From: an uncultured virus (IMG/VR IMGVR_UViG_3300033475_000017)
Lineage: Duplodnaviria > Heunggongvirae > Uroviricota > Caudoviricetes
Virus record (IMG/VR): IMGVR_UViG_3300033475_000017
Length of the DNA: 64,000 nucleotides
Strand: one strand, 5' to 3'
Numbering within the stretch: the first letter of the stretch is position 1; each line of letters opens with the position of its first letter. Position numbers and translations under genes: made by a program. Positions 48,190-58,346 of the stretch are shown piece by piece. The notes beneath the pieces are model-generated. The model worked only from the letters and a program-made list of their open reading frames with translations, was not told the origin of the DNA and searched no databases.

Positions 48190-48957
48190 ATGTTCATCCG
48201 CTACCGTTTCCGCGACATGATCCTTCGTGATGCCGACGATGGGGGCGGCAGCGGCGGCGGTGGCACCACGGTGGCTGGTGGCGGCAGCACTGTCGCCGGC
48301 GGCGGCCAGCAGCACCAGCAGCACCAGCAGCAGCCGAACAATGGTGGTGGCGGCGATGGCGGCCGAGCACAGCAGACACTGGCCGAGGTCAGGGCCGAAG
48401 CCGCGGCACAGCGCGTCGCTCGCCAGCAGGCACAGGAGCGGGCCGACACGTTGGCGCGTGACCTGGAAACGACCAGGGCCGATGTGCCCCGGCTGATCGC
48501 CGAGGAAGCGGCCAAGCACACGCCCAAGATCACCAAGCTGCAGGGCACGCTGATCAATGCGGAGCTGAAGGCCGCCGCGGTCGGTGCGGGCTTGGCCGAT
48601 CTGGATCTGCTGCACCTGCCCGCTCTGGACCGGTCCAAGATCAAGGTGGACGACGACGGCAACGTGACCGGCGTGGAAGAAGCGCTGACAGAATTCAAGG
48701 CGAAGAAGCCCGAGTATTTCAAGGGTGCATCGACCGTTGCGGGCGGCGGTTCCACGGTGGCCGGCGGTGGCGGCACGGTCACTGGTGCTGGCGGCAGCAC
48801 TGTCGTCGGCGGCGGGTCCGGCCGGCCGACTGTAACTGGATCAGCCGCGAACCCACCGCCGGCCACCGGCACGGGGGCGGTCGATGTCAAGGGCATGACC
48901 AAAGAGCAGTATGCCCAATACAAGGCGGGAATGGATCGTCGTCTGAGAGGGCGATAA
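48190..48957 (+). CDS. Capsid scaffolding protein
   Basis: Low-complexity N-terminus, 'R.EAA..R' coiled coil, 'K.KKPEYF'; upstream of major capsid gene; STVAGGG repeats. Confidence 0.8.
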   Translation: MFIRYRFRDMILRDADDGGGSGGGGTTVAGGGSTVAGGGQQHQQHQQQPNNGGGGDGGRAQQTLAEVRAEAAAQRVARQQAQERADTLARDLETTRADVPRLIAEEAAKHTPKITKLQGTLINAELKAAAVGAGLADLDLLHLPALDRSKIKVDDDGNVTGVEEALTEFKAKKPEYFKGASTVAGGGSTVAGGGGTVTGAGGSTVVGGGSGRPTVTGSAANPPPATGTGAVDVKGMTKEQYAQYKAGMDRRLRGR

Positions 48958-49218
48958 TCTCACATTCATATTGATCCGTCCGCTTTTTTACACTAGTGGG
49001 CGGATTGAGACAGGTTCTCCGCGCTGCTAAGTCGGTCTACGGCGAAGTGCAGATGGGTAGATCCCCGGCGCCCGCGACGGCCACCAAGAGCCGAATGTGC
49101 GGGCCGCGACTTGGATGGCCGCGATAATTCATCCCTCTGAGGCAGGTTCCTCCGCTGTCCCGCGGCTCGCAGCCGACGTCGGGAAAATTCTCCCCTTCAG
49201 CGGATGGAGCCCAGCCCG

Positions 49219-50592
49219 ATGGCCGGTCAGTTCACGAGTTTTCCCGCGGCATTGCAGGCCGAACTGCAGACCGGCTTCCTGGAGCGCGAGTTTGAAGAGG
49301 GCTTGGACTCGGTCCTAGCCTATCGCCGCGAATCCCTGATGGAGACGGTGCCGGCCCGAATCGGTGAAACGCTGACCCGCACCCGCACGGGCCGCAAGGC
49401 GCCGAACACGAACACCATCAATCCGAGCACCAACACCGGCCTCGACAACGGCATGACGCCGAGCGATGCCACGTTGGAGCAATACCAGCTCTCGCTGTTC
49501 CAGTATGGCGACAGCTCCGACGTCGACCTGATGGGCGACCTGGCCACCATCGCCAACAACCTGACCCGCATCGCGCGCAATAACGGTGTGCAGGCGGCGC
49601 AGTCGATGGAGCGGTTGGCCCGCAAGGCGCTGTTCAGCGCCTACATGGGCGGCAACTCGCGCGTCCGCACCGACCTGGGTGCGTCGACCACGACAAGCTG
49701 CCATGTGGACGACATTCGCGGCTTCCAGCAGGTGCTGGTCAACGGTGTCCCAACCCCGGTGTCCGGAGTCGCCACGCTGACGGTCTTCGAGACCGCGATC
49801 GGCGCCGGCGGTGTCGGCCAGACGCTGACGGTGACCGGCGCGGCGGCCGATGGGACCGACAACTCTTCGGTGCCCGACGGCATCAGCGGCGTGCTGACGT
49901 TCCAGGCGGCGACGGCACCGGTGAACGGCGATGCGCTGATCGCCATCAACGCGCCGAAGATGCTGCGGCCCTACAGCAAATCCACCACGGCGCAGCTCAC
50001 CGGCAGCGACATCCTGACCATGGGCATCCTGCTGGATGGGGTCAGCTACCTGCGCGACAACGCGGTGCCCACCATGCCGGACGGCACCTATCACGTCGCC
50101 CTGGACAACACTTCGCTGCGGCAGCTCTACGCCGATCAGGACTTCAAGGTGCTGTTCGCCGGCCGGTCGCAGTCTGGCGAATACCGGGATGCGGACATTG
50201 CCGATCTGCTGGGTGTGAAGTTCATTCCCACCACGGAAACGTATGTGCAGCAGGCTGGTTCCTCGGGTGCGACGGGCGTCAGCGCCAACAATGTGCGCGT
50301 GCGCCGGATCATCATCATGGGGTCCGAGCATCTGATCCAGGGCAACTTCGAGGGCCTGTCCATGTGGCTGGAGCGCCAGGGCGTGAACGCCTTCGGCGAA
50401 GTGTTCCTGGTCAACAACGTGGCGCACATCATCCGGCCGCCCCTCGATCGGCTGCAGCAGTTCGCCAGCTTGTCGTGGACCTGGATCGGGTGCTTTGCGG
50501 CGCCGACCGATGCGACCGCCACCACAACGATCATCCCCACGGCGAGCAATTCGCTGTATAAGCGCAGCCTGGTCATCGAGACGGCCGGCTAA
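49219..50592 (+). CDS. Major capsid protein (N4-gp56-like HK97 fold)
   Basis: Follows scaffold; 'GETLT.TR.G', 'QYG', 'DRLQQ....W' motifs; size. Confidence 0.8.
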   Translation: MAGQFTSFPAALQAELQTGFLEREFEEGLDSVLAYRRESLMETVPARIGETLTRTRTGRKAPNTNTINPSTNTGLDNGMTPSDATLEQYQLSLFQYGDSSDVDLMGDLATIANNLTRIARNNGVQAAQSMERLARKALFSAYMGGNSRVRTDLGASTTTSCHVDDIRGFQQVLVNGVPTPVSGVATLTVFETAIGAGGVGQTLTVTGAAADGTDNSSVPDGISGVLTFQAATAPVNGDALIAINAPKMLRPYSKSTTAQLTGSDILTMGILLDGVSYLRDNAVPTMPDGTYHVALDNTSLRQLYADQDFKVLFAGRSQSGEYRDADIADLLGVKFIPTTETYVQQAGSSGATGVSANNVRVRRIIIMGSEHLIQGNFEGLSMWLERQGVNAFGEVFLVNNVAHIIRPPLDRLQQFASLSWTWIGCFAAPTDATATTTIIPTASNSLYKRSLVIETAG

Positions 50593-50636
50593 ACCCGGTC
50601 GTAACTGTGGCGTGCAGCATCAGAGAGGGCCGAGCA

Positions 50637-51079
50637 ATGAAGGCGCCGAGCAAGAACATTTCCAACAGTCTGCGTGGCCAGTCCCCGCCCGGCCGCGGTG
50701 CCGAGTCGGTGCAGGTCGGCAAGCTGAAGGGCTATTCCCCGAGCATGACGCTGCCAGGCGAGGGCAAGACGTCGATGGCCCCGGGCACGCACGCGCGGGA
50801 CGACGGCCGCCAGGAGCGCAGCGCGTCGGTCTATGCCGGCGTGGTGGGCAGCAAGGTCGGCGGCTGAAGCCAATGGCCCGCGGCCGCATCACGAAGGTCA
50901 CTCCGACCACGAAGACATGCGCGTCCAACTCCGAGACGCGCAGCGCGGCCGCAATGTTCCCCCGCAATTTGGACAGGGGCGTTGGCGCTGACCAGGCGCT
51001 GGTGCGCGTCGATGCCCGTGCTGCCCAAGGCCAGAAGAAGACGCCCATTGGCGCGGGCAAGCTGACGAGAGGAAGGTAA
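50637..51079 (+). other. Two small basic ORFs (50637-50867, 50873-51079)
   Basis: K/R-rich, downstream of the capsid gene. Confidence 0.55.
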
Positions 51080-51083
51080 GCCT

Positions 51084-51719
51084 ATGCCGTATCTCCCGCC
51101 CCAGGGCACGCCCGGCATTCTCAATCAGGCGAACCCGACGCTTATCCCGAACTTCGATCGCTCAGTTGCGGGCGCCGGCGGCACGGTCGATCACCAGAGC
51201 CCCGCGGCATTTCTGCAGAACAATCCGCGAGTCGATGCGTTGGGCACGATCACGGTGGGCGGCTCGATCACCAACGGCGACACGGTGACGCTGACCACGA
51301 CGCTGCCCACGCTGGCAGGCGGATCGGCCGCGGTGACCTATCCGGTGGTGACCGCCGACACGACCACGACCGTGGCGGAAGGCATCCTGGACGCGATCAA
51401 CAACAGCGCGGCTTTGCAGGCGGCCGGGATCTTCGCCGAAATGAGCGGAACCGGTGCGCCGACCGCTGTCGTGGTGCACGCCAACGGGCCGATCGGCAAC
51501 ATGGTCACCCTGTCGGCATCGGTCAGCGGTGGCAACACCGAGACGTTGACCTTCAGCAACGGCGGCACGCTGGCCGGCGGCAGCGGCCCGGTATTCGCCA
51601 CCAACAACTTCAATTGGGGTTCCGGCGGTGAAGTGCTGTCGTTCTTCTACGGGCAGCCGTATCAATTGGGCTACGATGTCTTGACCCAAATGATCAATCA
51701 GGGCATGCCAATCGAGTGA
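51084..51719 (+). CDS. Putative head decoration protein with inserted repeat module
   Basis: Composition and position; GAGGAAGG RBS. Confidence 0.6.
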   Translation: MPYLPPQGTPGILNQANPTLIPNFDRSVAGAGGTVDHQSPAAFLQNNPRVDALGTITVGGSITNGDTVTLTTTLPTLAGGSAAVTYPVVTADTTTTVAEGILDAINNSAALQAAGIFAEMSGTGAPTAVVVHANGPIGNMVTLSASVSGGNTETLTFSNGGTLAGGSGPVFATNNFNWGSGGEVLSFFYGQPYQLGYDVLTQMINQGMPIE

Positions 51720-51735
51720 TTCGATCGGGGTTCTC

Positions 51736-52401
51736 ATGAGCGACGCCACGGCATTACTTGACCCGCGTGCAATTGGCCGAAGCGCCGCGGACTGGTACAC
51801 GAAGAAATGCCAGAACGATGCTTGCGGCGAAATGAACCACGCCCGGCGGAACAACTGCAAGACGTGCGGCACGCCGCTGCCAGTGCCCGCGCCGAAGCCG
51901 GGAAAGCCGGCAAAGAGCAAGGCCAAGCCGCCGAGCGGCCCACCCCGTGCGGCATACACCGGCGTCCTGACCAAGGCCACCAAGGCATCGCTTACGCGGA
52001 AGGCCAACCAGCAGTCAGTGCTGCAAGATCCCGTTGCGACAAGCCTGGTGGCCAATACCTGCGAAGATCCCCCCATCCTGACGGACATCAAGATCGCCGA
52101 AGCGGCATTCATTCCGCCGGCCCCGCCGCCGCCGCCCGCGCCGCCCGTCGTGGCAGCTCCGGAACCAGTCGGCCCGACCGGGCCATACTTCACGGTGCGC
52201 GAATGCCGGGTCATGCTCCCCAACGGCACGCTGGCACTCTTCCCGGCGAACAAGGTCATCGATGACCTCCATATGATCCGGGTGCTGCTGGCCGAAGACA
52301 TGCCGATCGTGCCGGTGTCGGAAGTCGCCAACATCGTGTGCTGCCCGAACTGCAAGCACGTGTTCAAGCGCGAGCAGCCGCCGGTTCTGGGCAAGGAATG
52401 A
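51736..52401 (+). CDS. Protein with N-terminal RanBP2-type zinc finger and Pro-rich linker
   Basis: C-x4-C-x3-N-x6-C-x2-C; C-terminal CPNC. Confidence 0.65.
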   Translation: MSDATALLDPRAIGRSAADWYTKKCQNDACGEMNHARRNNCKTCGTPLPVPAPKPGKPAKSKAKPPSGPPRAAYTGVLTKATKASLTRKANQQSVLQDPVATSLVANTCEDPPILTDIKIAEAAFIPPAPPPPPAPPVVAAPEPVGPTGPYFTVRECRVMLPNGTLALFPANKVIDDLHMIRVLLAEDMPIVPVSEVANIVCCPNCKHVFKREQPPVLGKE

Positions 52402-52411
52402 GGATCGCCCC

Positions 52412-52624
52412 ATGGCAAAGGGTAAGAGCAGCGGCGGGTCGCGTGGACTTCCGGTATCACCGAAAACGGATGCGGCGCGGCAACGGATGTGGGCGGCAGA
52501 ATCTGCGCTGGGCACGCTACGCCGAGCTGGTGAAATTCAGCGCGATCCGAAACTGATGGCAGACGCCCGGGCGCTGGCGGCACGCGAGCAGGCCGCGCTG
52601 GCGAAGATCACCAAGGCGAAATAG
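52412..52624 (+). CDS. Small basic phage protein
   Basis: 'W.AES.L.TL.RA.EI..DPKLM..A'. Confidence 0.65.
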   Translation: MAKGKSSGGSRGLPVSPKTDAARQRMWAAESALGTLRRAGEIQRDPKLMADARALAAREQAALAKITKAK

Positions 52625-52667
52625 ATCGGCGCTTGCAATCGTCAGCGCACAGTGCTTGGAAAGGTGC

Positions 52668-53180
52668 ATGATCAGCACCGAACGCTTTGAAGAGATCGCC
52701 GCCATCATGGCGGATAAGCTGCCCCTGGAAACCCACGGCAGCAACGCTTTCGACGCGGTGACCCGCATCACGGTGGGCGATATCCACGGGATGATCGAGC
52801 GCATCCGTTCGCTCTCGGACCTGCTGGAAACGCTGTCGAAGCCCGCTGATCCGACCAATACCGAGGCGCAGACCCAGGCCGAAGGGCAGGCTGCGCCAGG
52901 CGTCAGCCAGGAGCGTGACGCCAACGCCCAGGGTTCGAGTGACCCTGGGCAGATTCCGACGTCGCATGAAGCCGACACCCATGGTGCGGTAGGCGACGAA
53001 ACTGCCAGCGGTAAAGGGGCCCTTGAAGCCACCGATGGCACGGCCGGCGAACCTGCGGCATCGACCGCGGGCGCTGGCACCGATACCCCCCCCGAGAGCA
53101 ATGGCGACGGGGCCGGAACGGAAGCCGATGGGTCCGTTCCGGCCGCTGCCGAGGGGACGCAAGAGACGCCAACCGCGTGA
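52668..53180 (+). CDS. Hypothetical protein with acidic disordered tail
   Basis: ORF coupled to next gene. Confidence 0.55.
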   Translation: MISTERFEEIAAIMADKLPLETHGSNAFDAVTRITVGDIHGMIERIRSLSDLLETLSKPADPTNTEAQTQAEGQAAPGVSQERDANAQGSSDPGQIPTSHEADTHGAVGDETASGKGALEATDGTAGEPAASTAGAGTDTPPESNGDGAGTEADGSVPAAAEGTQETPTA

Positions 53181-53647
53181 CCATCATCGTCGCGCACAAC
53201 GGCACAATGGTTGCTGACAGCGCGGCAGTGGCGAGCGGTCGGATATTCCCGTGCGGTAGCCCGAAGATCAAACGGACGCGCAACGGCGGCCTTGTGGCCT
53301 GCTGCGGCAGTGAAGACGACTGCTTTGTCTTTGCGGAATGGGCGGTGGCTGGCTTCCCGGAAGACGCCAAGCCAACTTTGACCGCCGGCCCTGACGGGTT
53401 CATGGCGCTTCACATGCGACCTGATGGCTCGGTGTGGAATTTCTACAGCGTGCACCGATCAGCGCCGACCCAGCAACCTGCCTACATTGGCGAAACGACG
53501 GCATGCAGCGTCGTATGTGGTGCAATGGCGGCCGGCGCATCGGCTGAAGAAGCGGTAGCGATCGCGATCAAGCACACGGTCTGGATAGGCGGGCCAATCC
53601 AGGTCGAACGCCTTTCCGCCAACGAACTTGCTGCGCAGTCGCAATAG
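53177..53647 (+). CDS. Ntn-hydrolase (HslV/proteasome-beta-like) protein
   Basis: N-terminal Thr 'MTII.....MVADS', 'KI', 'GAM.AGASAEEAV.IA....GG.I'. Confidence 0.7.
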   Translation: MTIIVAHNGTMVADSAAVASGRIFPCGSPKIKRTRNGGLVACCGSEDDCFVFAEWAVAGFPEDAKPTLTAGPDGFMALHMRPDGSVWNFYSVHRSAPTQQPAYIGETTACSVVCGAMAAGASAEEAVAIAIKHTVWIGGPIQVERLSANELAAQSQ

Positions 53648-53683
53648 GCGATAGACATAGCTGCCCAACAGGACGAGGTAGCA

Positions 53684-53968
53684 ATGAAAGTCATCAGCAT
53701 GGCGGTTGCCAAGCGCCAAGTCGAAGCGGCGCGCAACGTCATCAAGCGCCCGCGCGGCGACACGGACAAAGAAATCGCCGAGCATCGCCGTTTGCTGCGC
53801 GCCCACATCAAGCGCCTGGAAAGGCGTGCGCTGAAGGGCCCGGCGGATGATCTCGATCGGATCGCGGCGGTAAAGAACCTGGGCGCCATTGTCCTGGCCA
53901 TGTATGTGGCCGAGCACAACTTGCGCCAGGACATGCACCGGGCGATCGAGGCCACGCTGACGGCCTAA
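53684..53968 (+). CDS. Hypothetical protein
   Basis: GAGG RBS. Confidence 0.55.
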   Translation: MKVISMAVAKRQVEAARNVIKRPRGDTDKEIAEHRRLLRAHIKRLERRALKGPADDLDRIAAVKNLGAIVLAMYVAEHNLRQDMHRAIEATLTA

Positions 53969-53995
53969 CACCGGCAGCAACGTTCCGAGGCAGCC

Positions 53996-54820
53996 ATGGC
54001 CCTAACCGTTACTCAAAAGAGCGCCGTTCGGCGGCACCTGGGCTATCCCGCCATCGGCCTGCTGCGTGTCAGCCCGGGCGGCGGCACGCTGGGCGCGGCA
54101 TCGGCCGGGTATCGCTACAATGATGCATACGGCTTCCTCGAGTACAGGCTGAACAACCTCAACCCGGATGAGGAAGCGCGCCTGATGGGCGTGGCCTATG
54201 GCGCGGTGATCCTGACCGGCCCGCAGCCTGCCGCCGGCGACGAGTTCTCGGTGACGTTCTCGGGTGGCCCATTGACGGCGCCGGTGACGGTGACGGTGAC
54301 CGCCCAGGCGCCGAACGGCAGCTACGACAACCGGATCAACGTGGTGAACGCCCTGGCGGGCGCGATCTCAACGAACGCCACGCTGCAGGCCAACGGCTTC
54401 CTGGCCACGGCCCCCTATGGCACAGGCCCGTTCAGCCAGAACGCGGTGGCCATCCCTGAGGTCGGGTTCACCAACGCGCAGACCTTCGGCATCACGTGCA
54501 GCGGGACCGGATCGTCGGCGCCCCAGGTCAGCGCGCCCGGGCAGCTCCTTCCGCCATCGGCGCAACTGACCGGGATCAACGGCCCGACCACGTACGGCTA
54601 TATCCCGATCCTGGATGGTCTCGAGGCTGCTTATGGCGGCGCAAGCGACAACCTCGATACCGCACAGGCTGACGTCTGGCGTGGCCGCTCGAACGAGTTG
54701 GGTCAACGCATGTCGCTGTATCAGGTCTGGGTCGATAAGCTCGTTGACTTCATGGGTGTCCCGAGAAACGACAAGCGCAAGGGGTTCCCGGAGCGGCGCG
54801 GCGCGATGCGGTATGCCTGA
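53996..54820 (+). CDS. Head-tail adaptor (neck 1) protein with inserted module
   Basis: 'LT..QK..VRRHLGYP...YG.LEYRLNNL...EE' and 'NLDT.QA.VW....E...R..L...W...L..F.GV'. Confidence 0.7.
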   Translation: MALTVTQKSAVRRHLGYPAIGLLRVSPGGGTLGAASAGYRYNDAYGFLEYRLNNLNPDEEARLMGVAYGAVILTGPQPAAGDEFSVTFSGGPLTAPVTVTVTAQAPNGSYDNRINVVNALAGAISTNATLQANGFLATAPYGTGPFSQNAVAIPEVGFTNAQTFGITCSGTGSSAPQVSAPGQLLPPSAQLTGINGPTTYGYIPILDGLEAAYGGASDNLDTAQADVWRGRSNELGQRMSLYQVWVDKLVDFMGVPRNDKRKGFPERRGAMRYA

Positions 54821-55632
54821 TGGTCTCCTACGCCAGCATCCAGGCCAAGATCGATTACGGCAAAGGCAAAGCCGGCCAGAAGCTGGGGCAGCCGTACAGC
54901 GCCTACCGGATCACCGCGGCCGCATCCGGTGACTTCCCGAGCGGATGGGAATCGGCCGGCACGGGCATCCCGATCCTGCGCCGGCGGATCAACGAGCGGC
55001 TGATTGAGTCGGCGCTCGAGTACGCGGGCACGCTCTGGTACAACATCACCGCCGACATGACGGACTTCCTGTTGGGCGATGTGTTCGTGTGCACGGACCC
55101 GGCCTATTCGCCCGGCATCAGCTACGGCACGGGCGCGACGGCAGTTCCAGGCGGCAGCGAATACGAGATCGATGCTTTCGCTCTGGCCTGGCACATGCCG
55201 ATCAACAAGGCTGTCGGGGCCCGCATCGATCGCCGGTGCCAGATATTCCGGCCGCTCGATGCGCCTGGGAAGATGGCGGATGGCACGTATGCGTGGCGCC
55301 AGGCCAATGACCAGAGCACGCCGCTGGTGCTGACGGGTGGCGTCTATAACTTCGACCAGCCCGGCGCTGCTGGCTCGTTCATCCCGATCGGCCTGTCATC
55401 GACCGCGCGCCCGGGTCGCGGCGAAATGTTCCCCCCTGGCATCCCCGCCATGCCTGGAGTGACCCGCTATTACGGCTATGTGCCATTCCTGCCTGGATAC
55501 GAAGCGGCCGAGGGTGACCGGATCATCACCGAGGACGGCGCGCGGTATGTGGTGGCGAACCCGTACCGGCAGGAACAGGGTGTGGTGGGTCAGCAGCTCG
55601 CGCTGGAACGCATGATCTCTCAGGTGGCGTGA
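54820..55632 (+). CDS. Head-closure (neck 2)-like protein
   Basis: 'IQAKI..G.GKA...LG..Y..YR', 'GD.I..EDG.RY.V'; position. Confidence 0.65.
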   Translation: MVSYASIQAKIDYGKGKAGQKLGQPYSAYRITAAASGDFPSGWESAGTGIPILRRRINERLIESALEYAGTLWYNITADMTDFLLGDVFVCTDPAYSPGISYGTGATAVPGGSEYEIDAFALAWHMPINKAVGARIDRRCQIFRPLDAPGKMADGTYAWRQANDQSTPLVLTGGVYNFDQPGAAGSFIPIGLSSTARPGRGEMFPPGIPAMPGVTRYYGYVPFLPGYEAAEGDRIITEDGARYVVANPYRQEQGVVGQQLALERMISQVA

Positions 55633-56552
55633 TGGCGACGGTGCACCAGATCCTGGGCGCGATGCAGCAGCAGATATCGCTGGTGACCGCCGGGCTCGGC
55701 CTGCAGGTAGCCGTCGGCATGGACTTCCCGCCCCCCAAGGTGCTGTCAACCATGGTGCAGCAGGGCAAGGCGGTGGTGTCGGTGATGGACCGCAAGCTGT
55801 CGCGGAACACGACCAGGTGGGCGCCCACGCCGATCGGCGGCACGGTGACACCGGCCACGCTGGTCAGCACGGTGTCAGGCGCCATCATCCCGGCCGGCGG
55901 CGCGGCCACGATCACGCTGTCGGGCCCGGTAACGCCCGGTGATGCCGTGTCATGCGTGCTGGCCAATGGCGCTGCGGCAGCCGCGTCGACGGGAGTGCAG
56001 ACGACGCTGTGGGCTGTCACCGCATCAGGCACGGCGACCAGCACGCCGGCGACCATTGCCGCGGCGCTGGCGGCGGCCGTGAACGCCGATAGCATCATGT
56101 CGACCTGGGTGACCGCGACATGCACGGGGGCAGTCGTCACGCTGACGTCGCTGGTGCAGGGGGTGCTGGGCCTGCAATCGCTCACTGGCAATGGCGGCAC
56201 CACGATCACCGAGATCGGCCGGCGCAGCCGCGAGCTGCAGATCATCACCTGGGCCAATTCGATCGAGAACCGAGACCTGGTGGGCGATGCAATCTCGGGC
56301 GTGGTCGAGCAGATGGAGGTCTATTACGGCACGTACACCAATGGCCTACCCCTGCCGGACGGTACCGGTGGTCGGGTGATCGTCGGCAACGATTACCTGT
56401 TGGACGAGGGCACGCCATCGGACACGTATCGGCGGGACATCCTGCTGTCGATTGATTACCCGGTCACTACGACTGACGCGCTCTACGCCGTGCTGATGCC
56501 GCCTCTGGTGCAGTTCCAGTCTGGGTTTTTCGCGCCGCAATCGATACCATAA
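55632..56552 (+). CDS. Tail terminator-like protein with inserted module
   Basis: 'E..R...LQI..WA....RD', 'YRRD...IDY..T'; position. Confidence 0.65.
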   Translation: MATVHQILGAMQQQISLVTAGLGLQVAVGMDFPPPKVLSTMVQQGKAVVSVMDRKLSRNTTRWAPTPIGGTVTPATLVSTVSGAIIPAGGAATITLSGPVTPGDAVSCVLANGAAAAASTGVQTTLWAVTASGTATSTPATIAAALAAAVNADSIMSTWVTATCTGAVVTLTSLVQGVLGLQSLTGNGGTTITEIGRRSRELQIITWANSIENRDLVGDAISGVVEQMEVYYGTYTNGLPLPDGTGGRVIVGNDYLLDEGTPSDTYRRDILLSIDYPVTTTDALYAVLMPPLVQFQSGFFAPQSIP

Positions 56553-56580
56553 TGCCCGCGGCACGAGAGGGCGACGGCAC

Positions 56581-57027
56581 ATGACGATTGCACCGTTTGA
56601 TGATGTCCTGGCGGCGGACATCCTGGCGATCAAAGCCACGGCGCAGCAAGCAGTAACGGCGGCAGCAGCGGCAGCAGCAGCGGCAGCAGCGGCTTTGCAG
56701 GGATCCGCTGCGGCGAACGAGCTGCTGATCGGGCTCACATCGGGAAGCGCCGGGCCGCTGGCCAATGGCACAGCCGGATTTGTGCTGGTCAGCAATGGTC
56801 CGACCGCCGCGCCATCGTTCCAGCCGTTCTCTGCAACATCATTCCAATTCAACCAGGAGACGCCCAAGGCAACGTGGGTCATCACCCACAATCTCAACCG
56901 CTTTCCGTCTGTAACGATTGTGGACAGCGCCAATACTGTTGTAGAGGGCGACGTTCAATATGTCTCGAACGCTGAGATCACGGTGAGCTTTTCAAGCGCC
57001 TTTGCTGGAACCGCGTATCTGAACTGA
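56581..57027 (+). CDS. Fibre-associated protein with poly-Ala linker
   Basis: 'TW.ITHNL.RFPSVTIVDS....G.V.Y......V.FS..F.G.AYL'. Confidence 0.7.
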   Translation: MTIAPFDDVLAADILAIKATAQQAVTAAAAAAAAAAAALQGSAAANELLIGLTSGSAGPLANGTAGFVLVSNGPTAAPSFQPFSATSFQFNQETPKATWVITHNLNRFPSVTIVDSANTVVEGDVQYVSNAEITVSFSSAFAGTAYLN

Positions 57028-57041
57028 GAGGGTGATCCGCC

Positions 57042-58340
57042 ATGGCGAAAAGTTATCTTGTCCCGCTCAACCTGAACCAGAACGAACTTCAGAACGCCAG
57101 GGTTCAGAACCTTGCCACGGCGCCAGCGTCGCCGGTCACCGGGCAGGGGTATTACAGCACATCAACCAACGCGGTTTATTTCTGGAATGGCACCGCTTGG
57201 GTGCCAGCGGATGCCACCAAGGCGACGGGCATCCCGACCACGGCTATCGCCAATTTCCAGAGCACGATCCAGGCGTATCCGCTTTCGTCGTTCGCGGCGC
57301 CCACCGCGAACATTGCGATGGCGGGCTTCACCTTGACTGGCTTGGCCACGCCGACCGCATCTGGTCAGGCGGCCGAATATAGCTGGGTGATCGGCCGCAA
57401 CCTCAACACGATCGCCAACGCGACCGCCACTACCGCCAATGTGCCGATGGGCGGCTTCACGTTCACCGGCTTGGCGACGCCCACCGCGAACGGGCAAGCC
57501 GCCGAATATTCGTGGGTGCTCAGTCGCGCGCTGAGTTCGTTCACCGGCGCGAACACGGCCAACGTTCCGATGAACGGCTTCACGCTGACTGGCCTTCCGG
57601 CCCCCACGGTTGCTGGGCAGGCGGCCGAGTATTCGTGGGTCATCGGCCAGGTGCAGTCGGCCGCAGCCGGCATCAGCTCGAAGCCGCCGGTGCAGTGCAT
57701 CGCGACGTCGAACATAACCCTGTCCGGCCTGCAGACGATCGACGGCTACACCACGGTTGCTGGTGATCGCGTGCTGGTGGTGGGTCAGACGACGGCCTCG
57801 GCCAATGGCGTCTACAACGCGGCCAGCGGCGCGTGGACACGCACAACCGTCGACGGCTCTGCCCCGGGCGAGCTTGAAACCGGCGCTCTGTGGTTGGTGA
57901 ACCTCGGCACGGTCAACCAGGGCTCGCAATGGCGGTTGACCACCACCGGCACCATCGTGGTCGGCACGACGTCGCTGACGTTCGTCCAGTTCGGTGCCGC
58001 GGCCGTCTACACCGCCGGCAATGGCCTGTCCCTGTCGGGCGGCCAGTTCTCCGTTAATCCGGTCTCGGGCGGTGGCATCCTGGTCGGTCCCAGCGGCGTG
58101 TCGGTCGATCCGACCGTGGTGCCGCACAAATTCTCACAGACCATCGGGGACGGAACGACCACCAGTTTCACGATCACCCACAGCCTCGGTACACAGGATG
58201 TGCACATGCAGGTGCGCCAGGCCGCATCACCGTTCGGCGTCGTGGAATGCGACATGTCGGCCACGTCAACCACCACCGCTACGATTGCATTCGCCCAGGC
58301 ACCCGCGACGAATGCCTATCGCGTGGTGATCATGGGCTAA
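57042..58340 (+). CDS. Head/neck fibre (whisker-like) protein with three ~40-aa repeats
   Basis: 'TAN..M.GFT.TGL..PT..GQAAEYSWV' x3; 'LSGLQTIDG...GDRVLV..QT...NGVY....AW.R'. Confidence 0.8.
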   Translation: MAKSYLVPLNLNQNELQNARVQNLATAPASPVTGQGYYSTSTNAVYFWNGTAWVPADATKATGIPTTAIANFQSTIQAYPLSSFAAPTANIAMAGFTLTGLATPTASGQAAEYSWVIGRNLNTIANATATTANVPMGGFTFTGLATPTANGQAAEYSWVLSRALSSFTGANTANVPMNGFTLTGLPAPTVAGQAAEYSWVIGQVQSAAAGISSKPPVQCIATSNITLSGLQTIDGYTTVAGDRVLVVGQTTASANGVYNAASGAWTRTTVDGSAPGELETGALWLVNLGTVNQGSQWRLTTTGTIVVGTTSLTFVQFGAAAVYTAGNGLSLSGGQFSVNPVSGGGILVGPSGVSVDPTVVPHKFSQTIGDGTTTSFTITHSLGTQDVHMQVRQAASPFGVVECDMSATSTTTATIAFAQAPATNAYRVVIMG

Positions 58341-58346
58341 TAGGCC

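Noticed and set aside
48241..48820. STVAGGG and QQH repeats in the scaffold gene as a separate element
   Set aside because: Ordinary low-complexity flanks of a scaffolding protein.
56655..56695. GCAGCAGCG microsatellite as a phase-variation tract
   Set aside because: Triplet-based in-frame poly-Ala linker; slippage would not change frame.
57290..57650. Three internal repeats as a diversity-generating retroelement template/variable pair
   Set aside because: In-frame structural fibre repeats; no adenine-specific variation and no reverse transcriptase in the window.
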